Source: Gnetum montanum (Eukaryota; Plantae; Gnetophyta). Taken from it: a DNA stretch of 64,000 bases. This document shows positions 12,246 to 24,887 of the stretch, in pieces. Positions within the stretch are counted from its first letter, which is position 1, and each line of letters opens with the position of its first letter. A model generated the notes under the pieces. It was not told the origin of the DNA. It saw only the letters and a program-made list of their open reading frames with translations, and did no database searches. The stretch covers positions 62,001 through 126,000 of the forward strand of contig MNCI01002495.1 of assembly GCA_015680685.1 (NCBI GenBank), written 5' to 3'. The position numbers were made by a program, and so were the translations under genes.

Positions 12246-15200
12246 TTGGCCACTCAGAGTCAAATGCAGATCATAATGGTAATTAAGATATCTCATAAGC
12301 ATTGCAAAGAGAGTTGCCTACCTCGGCTTGATATGAATAATATTCCTAAATTTGTAGGAGGCTATGATTCAAATCTGCAACATCATTTACAAGTCTTCCA
12401 TGATGCCTATAACTTTCTACAACATTGAAAGTGGGTGGAAAAAGCTTAAGCTCTTTCCTAGGATACTAATTTATAGAGCCAAAGTGTGGTATAGATCATT
12501 AAAACCAAATTCAATTCGATAATGGTCCACAACGCTATAACAATTCAACAAGAAATACCAAACCTATGTGAGGGTGTCCAAGTAGAGGAGATAGATCCAA
12601 GGATGGAAGCAAGAATAACATGAACCCTTGGACATGGCCTTAGATAGACATATTCCCTATTGAACAAATTCTCAGGCCATGGTTTCTTTGAGGAAAGGTA
12701 ACTTTTCCACATCATAGGTGGACTTTGTAATGAAACAAGGGAGACCCTTGGGATGTATTCCCTAGGTCAATTATATGAGCTACAAACCCATGAGATCTCA
12801 CAGCTAATCAAGCATGTGGCAAAAAAAGAAGGAGAGGTATGTAAATAGAATAATGTCAAGAAATATCATTGGGACCTAACTCTTCAACAAACAGAGGTCC
12901 ATATCTATAGTAAGGAGAAAGAAACCATAGTCAATAAGGTGCTCCCACAATGAACTTTGCCAATACAGAAGTCTATTGATAAACTTGAAGTAACGTTTAA
13001 TAGGATGTCAATGGATATATGAAAAAGTTACAACTCTCATTAAGACAGTTGAGGCGAGAATCATGCAAACCAAGTTGGGTGATCACAATAAATAAAGGAT
13101 ACAGAACCAAGAAATAGCTAAGAACACTTTTTGGCAAACAAGAAAAATAGCTAAAGAAAATGAGGCTATAGACTCAACCACAAATGAAGAAAATGGATGT
13201 GACATCTGNTTATAGACTCAACCACAAATGAAGAAAATGGATGTGACATCTGCATGTATGATCATTAGAAGGTTCATTGCCCAATCTTGTTGCATCTACA
13301 TGAGTATTGGGCAAGTGCCTCAAATCCAAAGTTTGTTTAAAAGCACATGCCTAAGAGATTTCCTCTTCCACAAGGTAATTATAGATAGTCCCACAACCAA
13401 TCATATCATCCTAGGGGGACTTATTACCAGCCTCAACACTGTCCTCAACATAGTGACAACAATGACAGTCATGGGGGAGGCCACCACTAAATCAACCCTA
13501 TCCTTCCTATCCACCAAAATTGCATGGATATTATGTTCAACACCCTATTTCTCTAGCTAGTTCTACATCCTCTACTTCAAATCACCACTACCACTCTTCC
13601 GAGTACCATCAACCCATGACATCCCCTAAGGGATCACTACCTTGCACCTCTTACCATCCATCCTACCCTCAATATTCTCATACTCCACCTCATTACACGC
13701 CACCACCAAGGACATAGGAAGGTTTTGCATCATAATATCAACAAATGAATTGTAACACCGCACCCTAGCTAGGGTAGGGTGATGCCTAGGATCAAGTAAT
13801 CATAGAATGGAAACATGATAACTAAAAGCAATAATGTGCAAGATACATGATAATAAGAAAGTTCAAACATTACAAAACTTTCCTACCATACTAAAAATGA
13901 AACATACATATCATGTTATAGAAATTCATGTCTCTATATAAAGCAAACTATACACTACTCTATGAAAATACAAAAAAAAACACATAAAACTCATCATCGT
14001 ATATAGAAGAGTACAGAGAGTTTCATACAAGGGTATCTAGTCCACAATATTGTACATGAAAATATACATCAACCAAGCATAGTAGACTTTTTCCCTCCTC
14101 TACCCTTCCTCTTCATGCTCATCTAGGCTCCTACACCTTTTACTTATAATTAAATAAAGTTAGTACACAACTAAGTGGGAAGTCTTTACACTTCCCCTGC
14201 TAGATGGTTGACAAGTGCTGTAGCACTAGAGGAGAGGAGTGGGGTACAATGCAAGCTGCAACATTATTAGTCTCATGCATGCTTGAAATAACACACACCA
14301 TATCACCCATAAAGCTAACATACTATCATACAAGCACAAACAAAGCCACAATCCGACATCATCTATCATGCCCATGTCATCATACTCATGATATACCATA
14401 AATAGTCCATGATCCACATAATCATAATCCAAATAGAACACCTATTATCAATGATATGACTCAAAAACCAATACTATAACATACATAGCCCATGTGGTTG
14501 CTAACATATCCATGCTTAGTGTATCATGTGAAACATTGTCATGAGTACTCATACCAACCATTACCTATAGGTCTTTTATTTATCCAACTTGTGCTAGGGT
14601 CCATCAACCTATGACCTACAATCACTAGCCTTTTGGAGGATTGGTGATAGGGACAAACACACCTATGCCACAGACCAACCATAGGGATGAACACACCTAC
14701 AATTGTCCACTCTCAGGATGAGGCTTGGGATAGGAGCCTCATAGATGCATCATAGTGGGTGTCAATCCATACTACCTCTAGGATGCCTCATCACCAACCG
14801 GTCCACACCGTCATGCTAGCACCACCCACCAATGACTGTCACATGTGTCATCATGAAAACATATACATAGTCCGACTCGCCTAAGCCAACACAGGTCATA
14901 AGCACAACATACCCAAACAACATAACTACACATATTGATCCCTAATAGTTACTATCATTCCAAGAAAACAATACCATAATTCAACAGCATAACCTGAAGA
15001 CCTCGATATGACAAAAAAATACCATGTTCCTCAAAAGACATGTACTTCCATACAAATGACCACTAGAATATTAGAAAGTACTTCCCAAAATGATCCCAAC
15101 GACACTAATTTTACTTAAATCGGGCTCCTAGAAGCAAATTTATGCATGTTTAAAGTTTGATTAATAAAATAATATTTAAATAATATTAAGTACCACCAAA

Positions 15201-16825
15201 AATGATTGGAACATCCAAAAATTCTTATGCCCCAATAGGCCCAATAAATAGCATATTCCAATCATACAAGGCTCATCAACATTACATATCATATTCCACA
15301 AGTCCCCATCATCCCATACATCCCATATATATTAATAAAAAATTCATAACCAAAATTGTACACTTTTGGGAAATATACAAAATAACATGCCTAAGCTTAG
15401 ACTTTGAGCCATCTGCCCCACATGCCCCCATCACATGATCATATACACTAATTTAGCACAAAAATATATGAAAAATGTAAAGGAAACCCACCAATTAAAA
15501 ATTTTGGGGCAAAAAGGCCGAAACAAGGAGAAAATCCTAAAAATTTTGACAAGACTCTGTTTTTCTCTCAACAAACTTTGCACTCATGTAGATATGACCA
15601 CAAAAATTCTAAATTCAAGTTCAGAATAAGCAAAAAGCATCCACAAGGCTCAAATCCAGAAATGGAATAGAGTAGAAAGAAAAATAGAAGAAAACAAACT
15701 CGTATGCATTTTTGTTTCTATATACAAGATATAGAGAAAAACAAAAACAAAAACCTGAGTGTGGTGGTGAAAAAAAAATATGGTGTTCACTTATGGTCAA
15801 ATAACAAAAAAAAAAGGTTTTAGGCCAACATACTTAATGCTTATGTTAACATAAAATAAAAGAAAAATACAAGCTAAGGTAGCACACGTCATGTGCTAAT
15901 GTTACATTACTTTTTGGTTTTTATGTTTTTAATTTGAATTATTTTTTTTTTATGAAATGACTTTCATAATTATTTTTATTTTTCATCTCTACCAGGACTC
16001 CAAATCAAAATCTATTTAAACCTACGACATCCTTATCATACGCTCTACTCATGCACATGCCGAAATCACACCCAAACATCATGCAACATAGTGCTATAAT
16101 ACAAATGCCTACATACCAAAATCACACATAAAGCATAAAAACATATTAGATAGGTGCTCTTATATCCTAATCTAACACCCCTACTAGCAATATCACCTAT
16201 CTAACACATCACACAGGACTAATGTACATAATCATTTTATTTAAGCATGTAAAGGTAGTGTAATCATAACATAAAAATGAAGCCTCATAACATATAAGAT
16301 ACATTAACTCATCCCCGAAAACTGACCAAAACTCCACATGTAATGTATAACTCATAAGTGAATGACCATACCTACTATCTCTAGATGGGATGTAACATGA
16401 ATGCCACTTTTGCTCCAAATGTGCATAGACATGTTGACACTGGTAGATTTCAACTGCCACATCGAAAACATCCCTTCTTTAGGAAAGTTTGTAAGCTGAA
16501 GCAAAAGACTCATGGATCTACCACATCATCTAAACTAGCATAATGCCAATCTGGTGCAATGCTTTCCTTTTCACCACTACTCTCCTCTAATCCTACACAA
16601 AGGCCACCATCCATCATTACTCCAATTCCAAACCCAAGTAATGAATCTACAAGTGTGGGAAGACCAACAGATCTATGCATACCATATCATGATCAAGGGT
16701 GTAATTGTGGGCTAGACATCCATCACATTAACACACCTCATATCCTGACCCACTAGACATTTAACAATCAAGTGTGTGATCAAAAATTTGTCTACCTAGC
16801 CATCACGACATCCAAAGATACCTAG
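12246..16825 (+). pseudogene. Gag plus C-terminal extension (ORF1) of copy A, interrupted by a solo LTR
   Basis: 'LPRLDMNNIPKFVGGYDSNLQHHLQVFHDA', 'KLKLFP' and 'KVWYRSL' are retrotransposon Gag motifs. Downstream peptides match copy B and end 'TTSKDT*' (TAG 16823-16825). True start is uncertain. Confidence 0.75.
13751..16397 (-). mobile_element. Solo LTR (2647 bp), Tekay/Del-like termini, nested in copy A
   Basis: Starts TGTAACACCG, ends GGGATGTAACA, flanked by TSD TGAAT (13746-13750 / 16398-16402). Host sequence resumes collinear with copy B. No coding motifs. Strand and lineage are inferred from termini and composition. Confidence 0.85.
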
Positions 16826-17772
16826 TGGCTTTGGGGAGGATCCACTTGTGTAACTTTTGTGACTTGTACTTACTTAACACAACTACATCATTTTTAACCT
16901 TTCACATGCTCCATTGTTAAATTTAGTAGTTTCCCTTCTCATATAACTTGATCTATCCACAACCTCGATTTCAAAGCCCTTTTCCTTGCTTCTTTTAAAG
17001 CTTTTCACATTGACACCTCCACCTTCTCACACTTCTAATGCCTTCATACGATTTCTTACTTGCCCCAAAACTATGGACCTGACCTAAAACCTTCCAACCA
17101 ACCTTAGGGCTTCATTTCTTATGCTCAGTACCCCCATGAGATGCTTATTCATGGACCCCAATATCAAGTGGGATGCCACATTAGATACTCAATATCAAGT
17201 CACATAAAACCTATATATATGACTCCCATGATGCCCAAACTTCATTCTCATCATTTGTAGCTAGGGGAGTTGTTCAAATTTTTCTCTTATGACTCAGAGC
17301 TCTATGCAACCAACTATAACTTGTGATATTTGTCTTTCTACTGCTTTTATTCCATACCATTTGAACCTATTTGAACCCAAAGTGTTCCAGTTAGTCATAG
17401 GGGGTGCTTGTGTGAGAAACTTACATCACTTTTCCAAAATTTTCTATTGCCCAAATGATATTGTAAGGGTTAGAATGTTAAAAACCATAAGTATTATACT
17501 GAGAAATTAATCATGGTAATACCAAAAACCTTAATCTTTTTACCCAAGGAACCATAACCATTATAATAAGCCACAGATAAGGAAAAAAGAATCAATTATG
17601 AAGGGTTGTAAAAGAACATAAACACTTTTTGGGAATTTTTCCTAGAAATTTTTGTAACTTTTCAGTCATATGAACTAAAGAAATTTATGAAATTAAGGTC
17701 AAGAGTATGGTATACATTTTTTAATGGTAAATATTAACACCTTAGTAACACTTGATCTTTGCTTGATTGCAA

Positions 17773-20431
17773 ATGGTCCCAAAAAGAGAAGCATAGGGAG
17801 AACCTTCACAGAGAGCATCCAAATGCCCAAGAGGTGGTAGGGGACAACAGAGTGAGCTATTAAAGCATGAAGAATAGGAAGCACAATCTTTTAGCATCCA
17901 TCAAGAGGCTCCTATTATTGGATAGTCAATCCAAGGAGAGGCCATAGAACCACCATCTCCCATGTAGGGACAACGTCTCACACTACCCCCTAAATGCCTT
18001 ACTACCATCTAAGGAAATTCCACATTGACCACGATCATTGTGGAGATGAACTTCGGTTCATTCATGGCATTTTCCCCAAAAGTAGTTTGAACACAACTCT
18101 AGGCATCGCTATTGTGGCCTATTCTCTCAAATAGTGGTGACTGCTATCTTAGCAAGATTTACAAATTTTGGCACAACAAAGATGAAGGCACCACCATCAA
18201 TATTTATGGAGTCAATGTCTCATTCTTAATCAAGGAAATTGCAATAGCTCTTAATTTTCCAAATGAAGGGGCTAAGGTAGCCCATCTATCTAGTAGGTCT
18301 AACCCTAACACCAAAAATTTATGGCTGAAATGGACATNGTAGGTCTAACCCTAACACCAAAAATTTATGGCTGAAATGGACATACAACAAGAAGGACAAA
18401 ACATATAATGAATTAACTCTCAAAGAAAGGACATACTTTAATATTGGCACATATCATCTCTTTCCAACCAAAGGACTTAATAGGATCTGAACATATGTGG
18501 CTAGAAGAAGTGCTATCTTAATGGGAAAATACATAGCCAACCTTCCTTAATTTTAGTTCATAGAAATTTAGAGGTGGTTTGAGGAGAAAAAGGTAGGGAA
18601 GCCAACACTTCCATTTCCTTGCCTAATTAGAAAGCTATGAAAGCATGCTAGAATCCTAGGGTACATAAATGATGTCCCTAGAAAGGCTCAAGAATGCTTC
18701 CTTCATAAAGTTTTTCAAACCTATGGCACTAAGGAAAGACTTTGGTGAAGAATAAGAACTAGAGAAGGAAGCAAAACTAGAAATAGACATAGAACATGAG
18801 CCCAAAAAATGCCCTGAAACACAAGCTCCTCCACTACCATCACAAGATCATCAACCCTCAATGAGCCATCTATAGAAAATTACTAAAGCCATTAGTTGGA
18901 AAAGTAGAGATGAGTCCAATCTTTTCAAAGTAATTAATGATTCCATATAGCAGATAGGAGAAGGTGCCATAGTCATGGGAATGCAACATCAGGATGTGGC
19001 AGGTGCAGTAGAAGTAATAATAGATCATATTAAGGAATCATTCAATGTGCCTATTGTGCCCCTAGTAGATTTGATAGGGACCAAAGATTCTAAAATGCTT
19101 ATTGGAACTTCAATGAATCTTGCGGCACATGAGGACATATTAGATCAACTGTTGTAGACAGGGCAAGTAATGACTACTTTGTTTGACATCCCCAATGATG
19201 TCACTACAGCATAGTCAAACCTCATAACCACTAAAGGAAAACTAGTCATGGCTGAAGTCAAGGCAGAACACGTGAAAGTAGAGGTGCAATGTTTGCAACA
19301 AGAGTTATCTACCCTAAAAACCAAAAGATGGGATCCTACCCAATTTGTTAAGCCTAACCAAGTGGAGTAATTCAGAATAAAGTAGCTAGCCAAGCTAATT
19401 GAGAAAAATAAAGCTATAGAGCAAGAGAAGGAAAAGGCAGTCTAGAATGCCTCTATAGCCAAAGCATAGACCTATACACATAGAAAGGCACTGACAACTG
19501 TGCAAGAAGAGAATAAGTAGCTTGCCATCAAAAATTCAAGGTTGACTATAATTGAAAAGAAAAATAATATTTTGGAGGAAAGTGCCCACTAGTTGCGAGA
19601 ATAACTAGTGACCTACAAGAACAACTAGTGAGGGTCAACTAGGACACCAATAAATTGGCCAGGGAAAATAAAATCCTCTTTATGGAGGAAGTTCACACTA
19701 TTTAATAGAAGTTAGAAATTGAAATCAATGCATGGAAAATAAGGCCAAGAAACATGAAAAGTTGAAGGAACACTTGCATGACCAAGTAGACATGTATAAG
19801 TAAATAAATGAAAAGGAAACCCAAATAGCTAAAGCCAGTATTGGAGCCATGTCAACATGAAATCCTAACTGGCAACCCATCTTGAATAGCTATCCTCTAG
19901 TCTATCAGGCTGAAGTAAAAAATAAAGACCTGTAGATTGAGGATTTGAAAGAGTGCATGGCATTAGCTAACCTTAGATATGCCAACCTTATGATGTTAAT
20001 AATAGGTCAAACTAGAAGTAAGTTGGAAAAGTAGGTAGCAACCACCTATTCATTATATGAAAAGAGTTTGCAAATAGAAAAGATGCTTTGCAAAAGCTTC
20101 ATGTGGCAAACTCAAAATTGAAGGTGGTTAAAGCTAGCTACCATGGATAGAAGGATGTTATTAAGAATTAAGAGAGAAAGCTAAGGCCTTTGAGAAAGAA
20201 CAATAGTAGTTTGTTACCTGGTATGTGAAGGCCAACAAGATGTTCTCACAACAGCCATGTCCTTGGGATGTACTAGCACTAGCACACATCGATTTAGCAG
20301 CCTAGATAGTACATGACCCATGGATAGAAGAGGAGAAGTTGCAGGCATTGCTTGATCGCTAAAAATCTCACAAGCTTAGTGACAAAGGAAAGCGACTAAT
20401 GGGAAAGCCACCACCTCCAGGAACTAGATGA
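17773..20431 (+). pseudogene. Extra (env-like) ORF of copy A: ATHILA-ORF/Transposase_32-like N-terminal domain plus coiled coil
   Basis: ATG GTC CCA AAA (MVPK, cf. MAPK in B) after a decayed acceptor tgattgcaa. Contains 'IYGVNVSFLIKEIAIALNF' and 'LPFPCLIRKL'. Collinear with B 29540-32326; ends KPPPPGTR*. Many stops. Confidence 0.75.
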
Positions 20432-20619
20432 GCTTCCCCCAGTTGTGTCTTATAATTTTGTGTCCTAATTTTTATAAGCACCATTGTAGCTCAAATAAGT
20501 CCATTTGTTTGTTTGTCTAAATCAGTCAATAATTCCATACCTTTCCATCAATTTTTGTAAAGAACTTATTTCTCATTTTGTTTAACTTGAGGACAAGTTT
20601 TCATTCAATCGTGTCGGTA

Positions 20620-21499
20620 TGATGAGTCATCATTTATCAACCCCAATATCGAATACCTGATATCAAAGCTCTACTATGGGATACATGATATCGAGTCCCA
20701 AGAAATGATGTCAGATATCCAATATCGTCTCCTTTGTGCTAGCCTATAAATACAACACTTGGGTGCATGATTGGGATATAGTTTTAGCTCTTAATTTTTA
20801 ATAGTTTTTCTTAGATTTCTGAATTCAAGCTCTATTATTCCCAGTGCATGCCACATTGCGATGTTTGTAATCGTATAGTGCCTTTGTTTGAGTGTGACAT
20901 ACTTGGACATGTTACATGACTAGAAATAAAGATTGATATTACTTCCATCATTTCTACATTCACTTAGATTTATTATTACTTTAATTATTTAATTATTTAC
21001 TATTTTCTTTAGTTAAATGTTTCCATTTATTGCTATTTACTATTCCTATTATTAAGCATAATGAGTATGACTTAATCACAAGTGCTTAAGTGTAAGTAAT
21101 TGGTAATCCAACAATGTATCATTTGGCACACCTAGTGGCATATGCTTGGCAATCCCAGTGGTTGTTATATGAAGTTGAAGGCATGTACGAACTATTGGGA
21201 ATGGATGCTCATTGCACATAGGCTAGCTTAGATCTTATTTTTCATTGTTCATTAGCTTAGTTAATTTATCTCTTTATTGCAATTAGGAGCAGCATAGAAT
21301 TGAACAACATCATATGTCTCACTTTTGACTAAACCATACATGACAAAGCTACCACTAGTCCAAGTGGGAAGACAACAAACTGTGATCAAAGCATAACAAT
21401 TTAGATGCACAACTAGTTCCATCCATGGAATTTGACTGGATCATGTGTGAACGCTTGTGATTCATATGGTTGGATGTAGGGGTACCTCACCGCTCATCA
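20620..21499 (+). repeat. 3' LTR of copy A
   Basis: Matches the 5' LTR; preceded by the Athila-type 'cttgaggacaag...' motif and a decayed PPT; followed by TSD ATTAG. Confidence 0.92.
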
Positions 21500-21719
21500 A
21501 TTAGAATTAAGAAAAGGAAATTTAGTAGGAAATAGCATGAATATTTTTCTTGTACCATGAAAAAGGAACCTAGAAAATTTTGGTAATGTTTTCATCATAA
21601 AGTATTTTCATCATTTAATTTTTCTTTTAAAGATATTTTCTCATTTTATAATTAGCTATTTATAAGAGAAGTTAATAATTCTACTACTATTGTACAGTAA
21701 GCACCTCTCCAATTTACTC

Positions 21720-23610
21720 TTGAGGAAATCATAATGGATATTAAAAAGCTAGCATTTAGTAAAGCTATAAATTCATATGGTTTATATGCAAAATTATTAA
21801 AGTGGGTAGGATTTTCTATTCATAGAGAAATTTGCCATAAATTAAATTCAACAATGAAGTAAGAATTAAATCAACATTGAAAAACTAGTAAAGTTATCTT
21901 ATTATATAAAAGAGGAGATAAAATTAAATTTAAAAAATTAGTGAATGATCATTGTGAGTAATATTTTTACCAAGTTATTGGGCACTTTGCTAGAAAAAGA
22001 ATTAGTTCTTGGACTAAAAGTAACCAAATCAAGGTAAGATGTTAAGCAAATTTTAGATAAAATGACTTTCCTAGTGATCATTTAGTTACTCTTATACACT
22101 ACATGGAGTTTGCAAAAATGCCTAATAAATTTTTTTTATTCATTTAATGATCCATACAAAACTATGATTATCTTTGCATAAAATTTGCCTCTCTTCAAAT
22201 TTAATTGTAGCAACTCAAAGATTGTATGGAGAAGTGAGTATTAAAATTACAAATAGCAATTCAGAGAAAAATTTCAATTGCAAGGTAAAATTGGAGTTAA
22301 GAAAGGTTGTCAACTTTCTTCAACTCTCTTTGGTATCCTTATTGATGAAATGCAAGAATGGTTATGCAATGGGCAAGATAGTCATGCTATCAAAATTGGA
22401 TTCCAAATAGTGAATCTTCTTTTATATGAAGATAAGGCTACCTTGATCTCCACTACTACAAAAGGTACGCAAAATATGTTGCAAATTTTATGAAATTATT
22501 ATTATTCTTTTGATCTTCAAGTCAATACAAATAAAACCAAATTGACAATCTAGGGTACAAGAAATACCTATTATAACTTCCATTTTGGAGGTACCAGTCA
22601 ATAAATAGTATATACTTTTAAATATTTGGGTCTTATTTACATGGATAATTGCATATGAGTGAAGTGTATCAAAGAAAAAATAGTAGAATATTTCAAGGCT
22701 CTCTATGCTTTTTTTAAAAAAAAAAAGAGCAAGGATTTAGAATTTTGGGCTTGAAAAGTTAGACAATAAAATTTTCATACTATCATCTATCCTACAATAT
22801 TATATGGATGTGTTTTCTAGGGACCTAGACTTAGTGCTAAAATTTGGAAAGATATTGAAAGAGCACAGAAAAATTCCTCTCCTCAATGAGTTAAAGGTGA
22901 AGATACAAACACCTTACTTAATGTTATTATGTGAATGTAATTTATTACCTTTAGAAGAAAAATCCTTGTGTTGATTCATTACATACACTCATAGCTTGTA
23001 TATCATAATCCAAGATAAATTATCTAAAGAAATTCTTCAGGATTTGTGAGATGATGGTTGGTATTTTTAAGGAATGCAATAGTTGAGAATATGAAATATC
23101 TCTTGGGAGAACATGTAGAAAAATCCTAAGCATATTTATAAACTATCAAATAGAAATTTTTAATACAAATATGGTCTAATATGAAATATAAGAGAAAATT
23201 TTATTTACACCACATTAGATCTAATAAACTAGATGTAGAAGTTAACTATCTCTCATCTACTATTCCAATCAAGTATCAGTATGCAATTAGCAAGCTTCAT
23301 TTAAGTTCTAATCATCTTAGAATTGAAAGTAGAAGATGGATTCAATTCCCCTAATATGAACAAATTTTTAGGTTATGTTGATTAGAAGCCCTTGAAAATA
23401 AGTTACATGGGCTTCTTTCTTATGCTATGTCTATCTATTTAAGACAATGTTATAATGTTACAAAAAAAAACCTATATGATTTGTTTCTAATATCCCCATT
23501 AGTGCTTGGTCAGTTTGTAGAATCTATCTTTATTTTTCATGAAAATGTAGCATATGTCCAATAGATCCTATGGGCCTTCTGATGTAATAAAGCTTTATTT
23601 CATTTTAAAA
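21720..23610 (+). mobile_element. 5'-truncated degenerate LINE RT, RTE-X-like
   Basis: 'GVKKGCQLSSTLF' (=GVxQGCPLSPxLF), 'LLLYEDK' (=LLYADD), 'FKYLG', C-terminal 'LSSNHLRIESRRW', and 3' end gatgtAATAAAgctttatttcatt. Clade assignment is by motif recall only. Confidence 0.75.
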
Positions 23611-24224
23611 ACTTCATTATAGCAATTTCATCATAGTTCCTCCTATGTTTCAAAACAAAGAAATGACCTTCAATTTATAGATACAGTGAAGGATAGTACT
23701 TAAATTATTATAATTTACTCTTAATAATAGAAAACTATCATGTACAAAGTGGCTATAAATAATTTTGCAATGAACACTAGGTAAATATTATTTCGAGAGA
23801 TTGTACTATAAATTATAACCAAAAGCTTCAATAATAAGAATAAAAATTTGAGTAAGAGGATAATCTTTCCTCAAAAATATTTGAAGATTAATAATTAGAG
23901 AATAGCTCTTGTTAATGAATATGTTGGCACTTACATTATAAAACAACATTCTAACATGAGAGATAAAAGAATCCAGGTCTAACTTTTGCAATATAATTAA
24001 TAGAAAAGCTAGTCCATTCTATCAAAAGCTTTTGTGTAATCTAATTTAAGAAGAAAAATATCCTTATGTTATTATGGTCTATTTACTATTATCCAAAAAA
24101 AATATACCTAAAATAAACTTGTTTGTTCTAACTTAACTAAGTGAGATATGTACCTTCAAAATTTTGAAGTAAGAGCCTTAGCAATAAGCTTATAACTAAA
24201 ATTCAATAAAGTGATACGTCACCA

Positions 24225-24249
24225 CTTCTTTATCATCATCATCATCCTA
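24225..24249 (-). mobile_element. 25-bp micro-insertion of an RTE-type (GAT)n tail
   Basis: Flanked by direct repeat gtcacca (24218-24224 / 24250-24256). It interrupts the L1 'NWRPITLLN' motif, and catcatcatccta resembles the RTE tail at ~50570. Confidence 0.55.
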
Positions 24250-24723
24250 GTCACCAATTGGTGATCTTAAATCTATTATCTTACTTTGGTATAAGTTTTA
24301 TTATATCTTTATTAATAATTTTACTAAGAGAACCTTTAGAAAGAGCTTCTTTATATACATTAAAAAATATATAGTAATATCATTCTAGAATTCAAAATAA
24401 AACTCCCTATAAAATGCTCTAGACCAAGTTATTTTCCATTAGCCATGGAAAAAGATTTTAAATTCTCACATAGTTAACATGTCATCCTATCCCAAAGCAA
24501 AGTACGAATAACTGGATACCACAACTAGGCAAACACCTAGATTCTCTTTATCAATAACTTGTGAACTAAATATATCTAAATAATGATTAAAGAAAGAAAA
24601 AAATTTAAAATATACATAAAATTAGAGAGAATCTCACCATTAATATGATTTTTATTTATTTGATAATTCATGCTAAAACCTTTTAAAGATATGAAAGATA
24701 CTTTTGAGATTTTATCCCTTATA

Positions 24724-24887
24724 AAGGATTATCACCCAAAGCCACGGTACTTATTCCACTAAGTGAGGTCTTCAGAGGATTGGTAGATGAGTAAAAGCCT
24801 AATCTCTTTGAGTGGCTACACCCAAGTTTGATCTAAAGTCTTCAATTTAAGATACAAGTACCTTACCGTCACTCCAAATGATAGTCC
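24724..24887 (-). mobile_element. tRNA-derived SINE, Au-like/RTE-dependent
   Basis: Perfect 20-bp TSD ttgagattttatcccttata (24704-24723 / 24888-24907), 164 bp long. Minus strand has A-box-like TGGAGTGACGG, decayed B-box AGATCAAAC and an RTE-like 3' hairpin (gacctcacttagtgga). Confidence 0.75.

Larger units (their letters stand above)
10728..21499 (+). mobile_element. Non-autonomous (pol-less) Athila-derived LTR retrotransposon, copy A
   Basis: Two homologous LTRs TGATGAG...CTCATCA (10728-11617; 20620-21499), 5-bp TSD ATTAG (10723-10727 / 21500-21504), tRNA-Asp-type PBS, gag relic, extra ORF. No PR/RT/RH/INT motifs found inside. Confidence 0.92.

Noticed and set aside
13167-13252. 42-bp exact direct repeat
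   Set aside because: The copies flank an N (13209); typical unmerged contig overlap and absent from copy B.
18293-18383. 45-bp exact direct repeat
   Set aside because: The copies flank an N (18338); assembly artefact, single in copy B.
10388-21712. Possible TIR pair (gaggtgctt ~10394 / aagcacctc ~21699) around copy A
   Set aside because: Only about 9-10 bp exact match and no clear TSD; insufficient to call a MITE.
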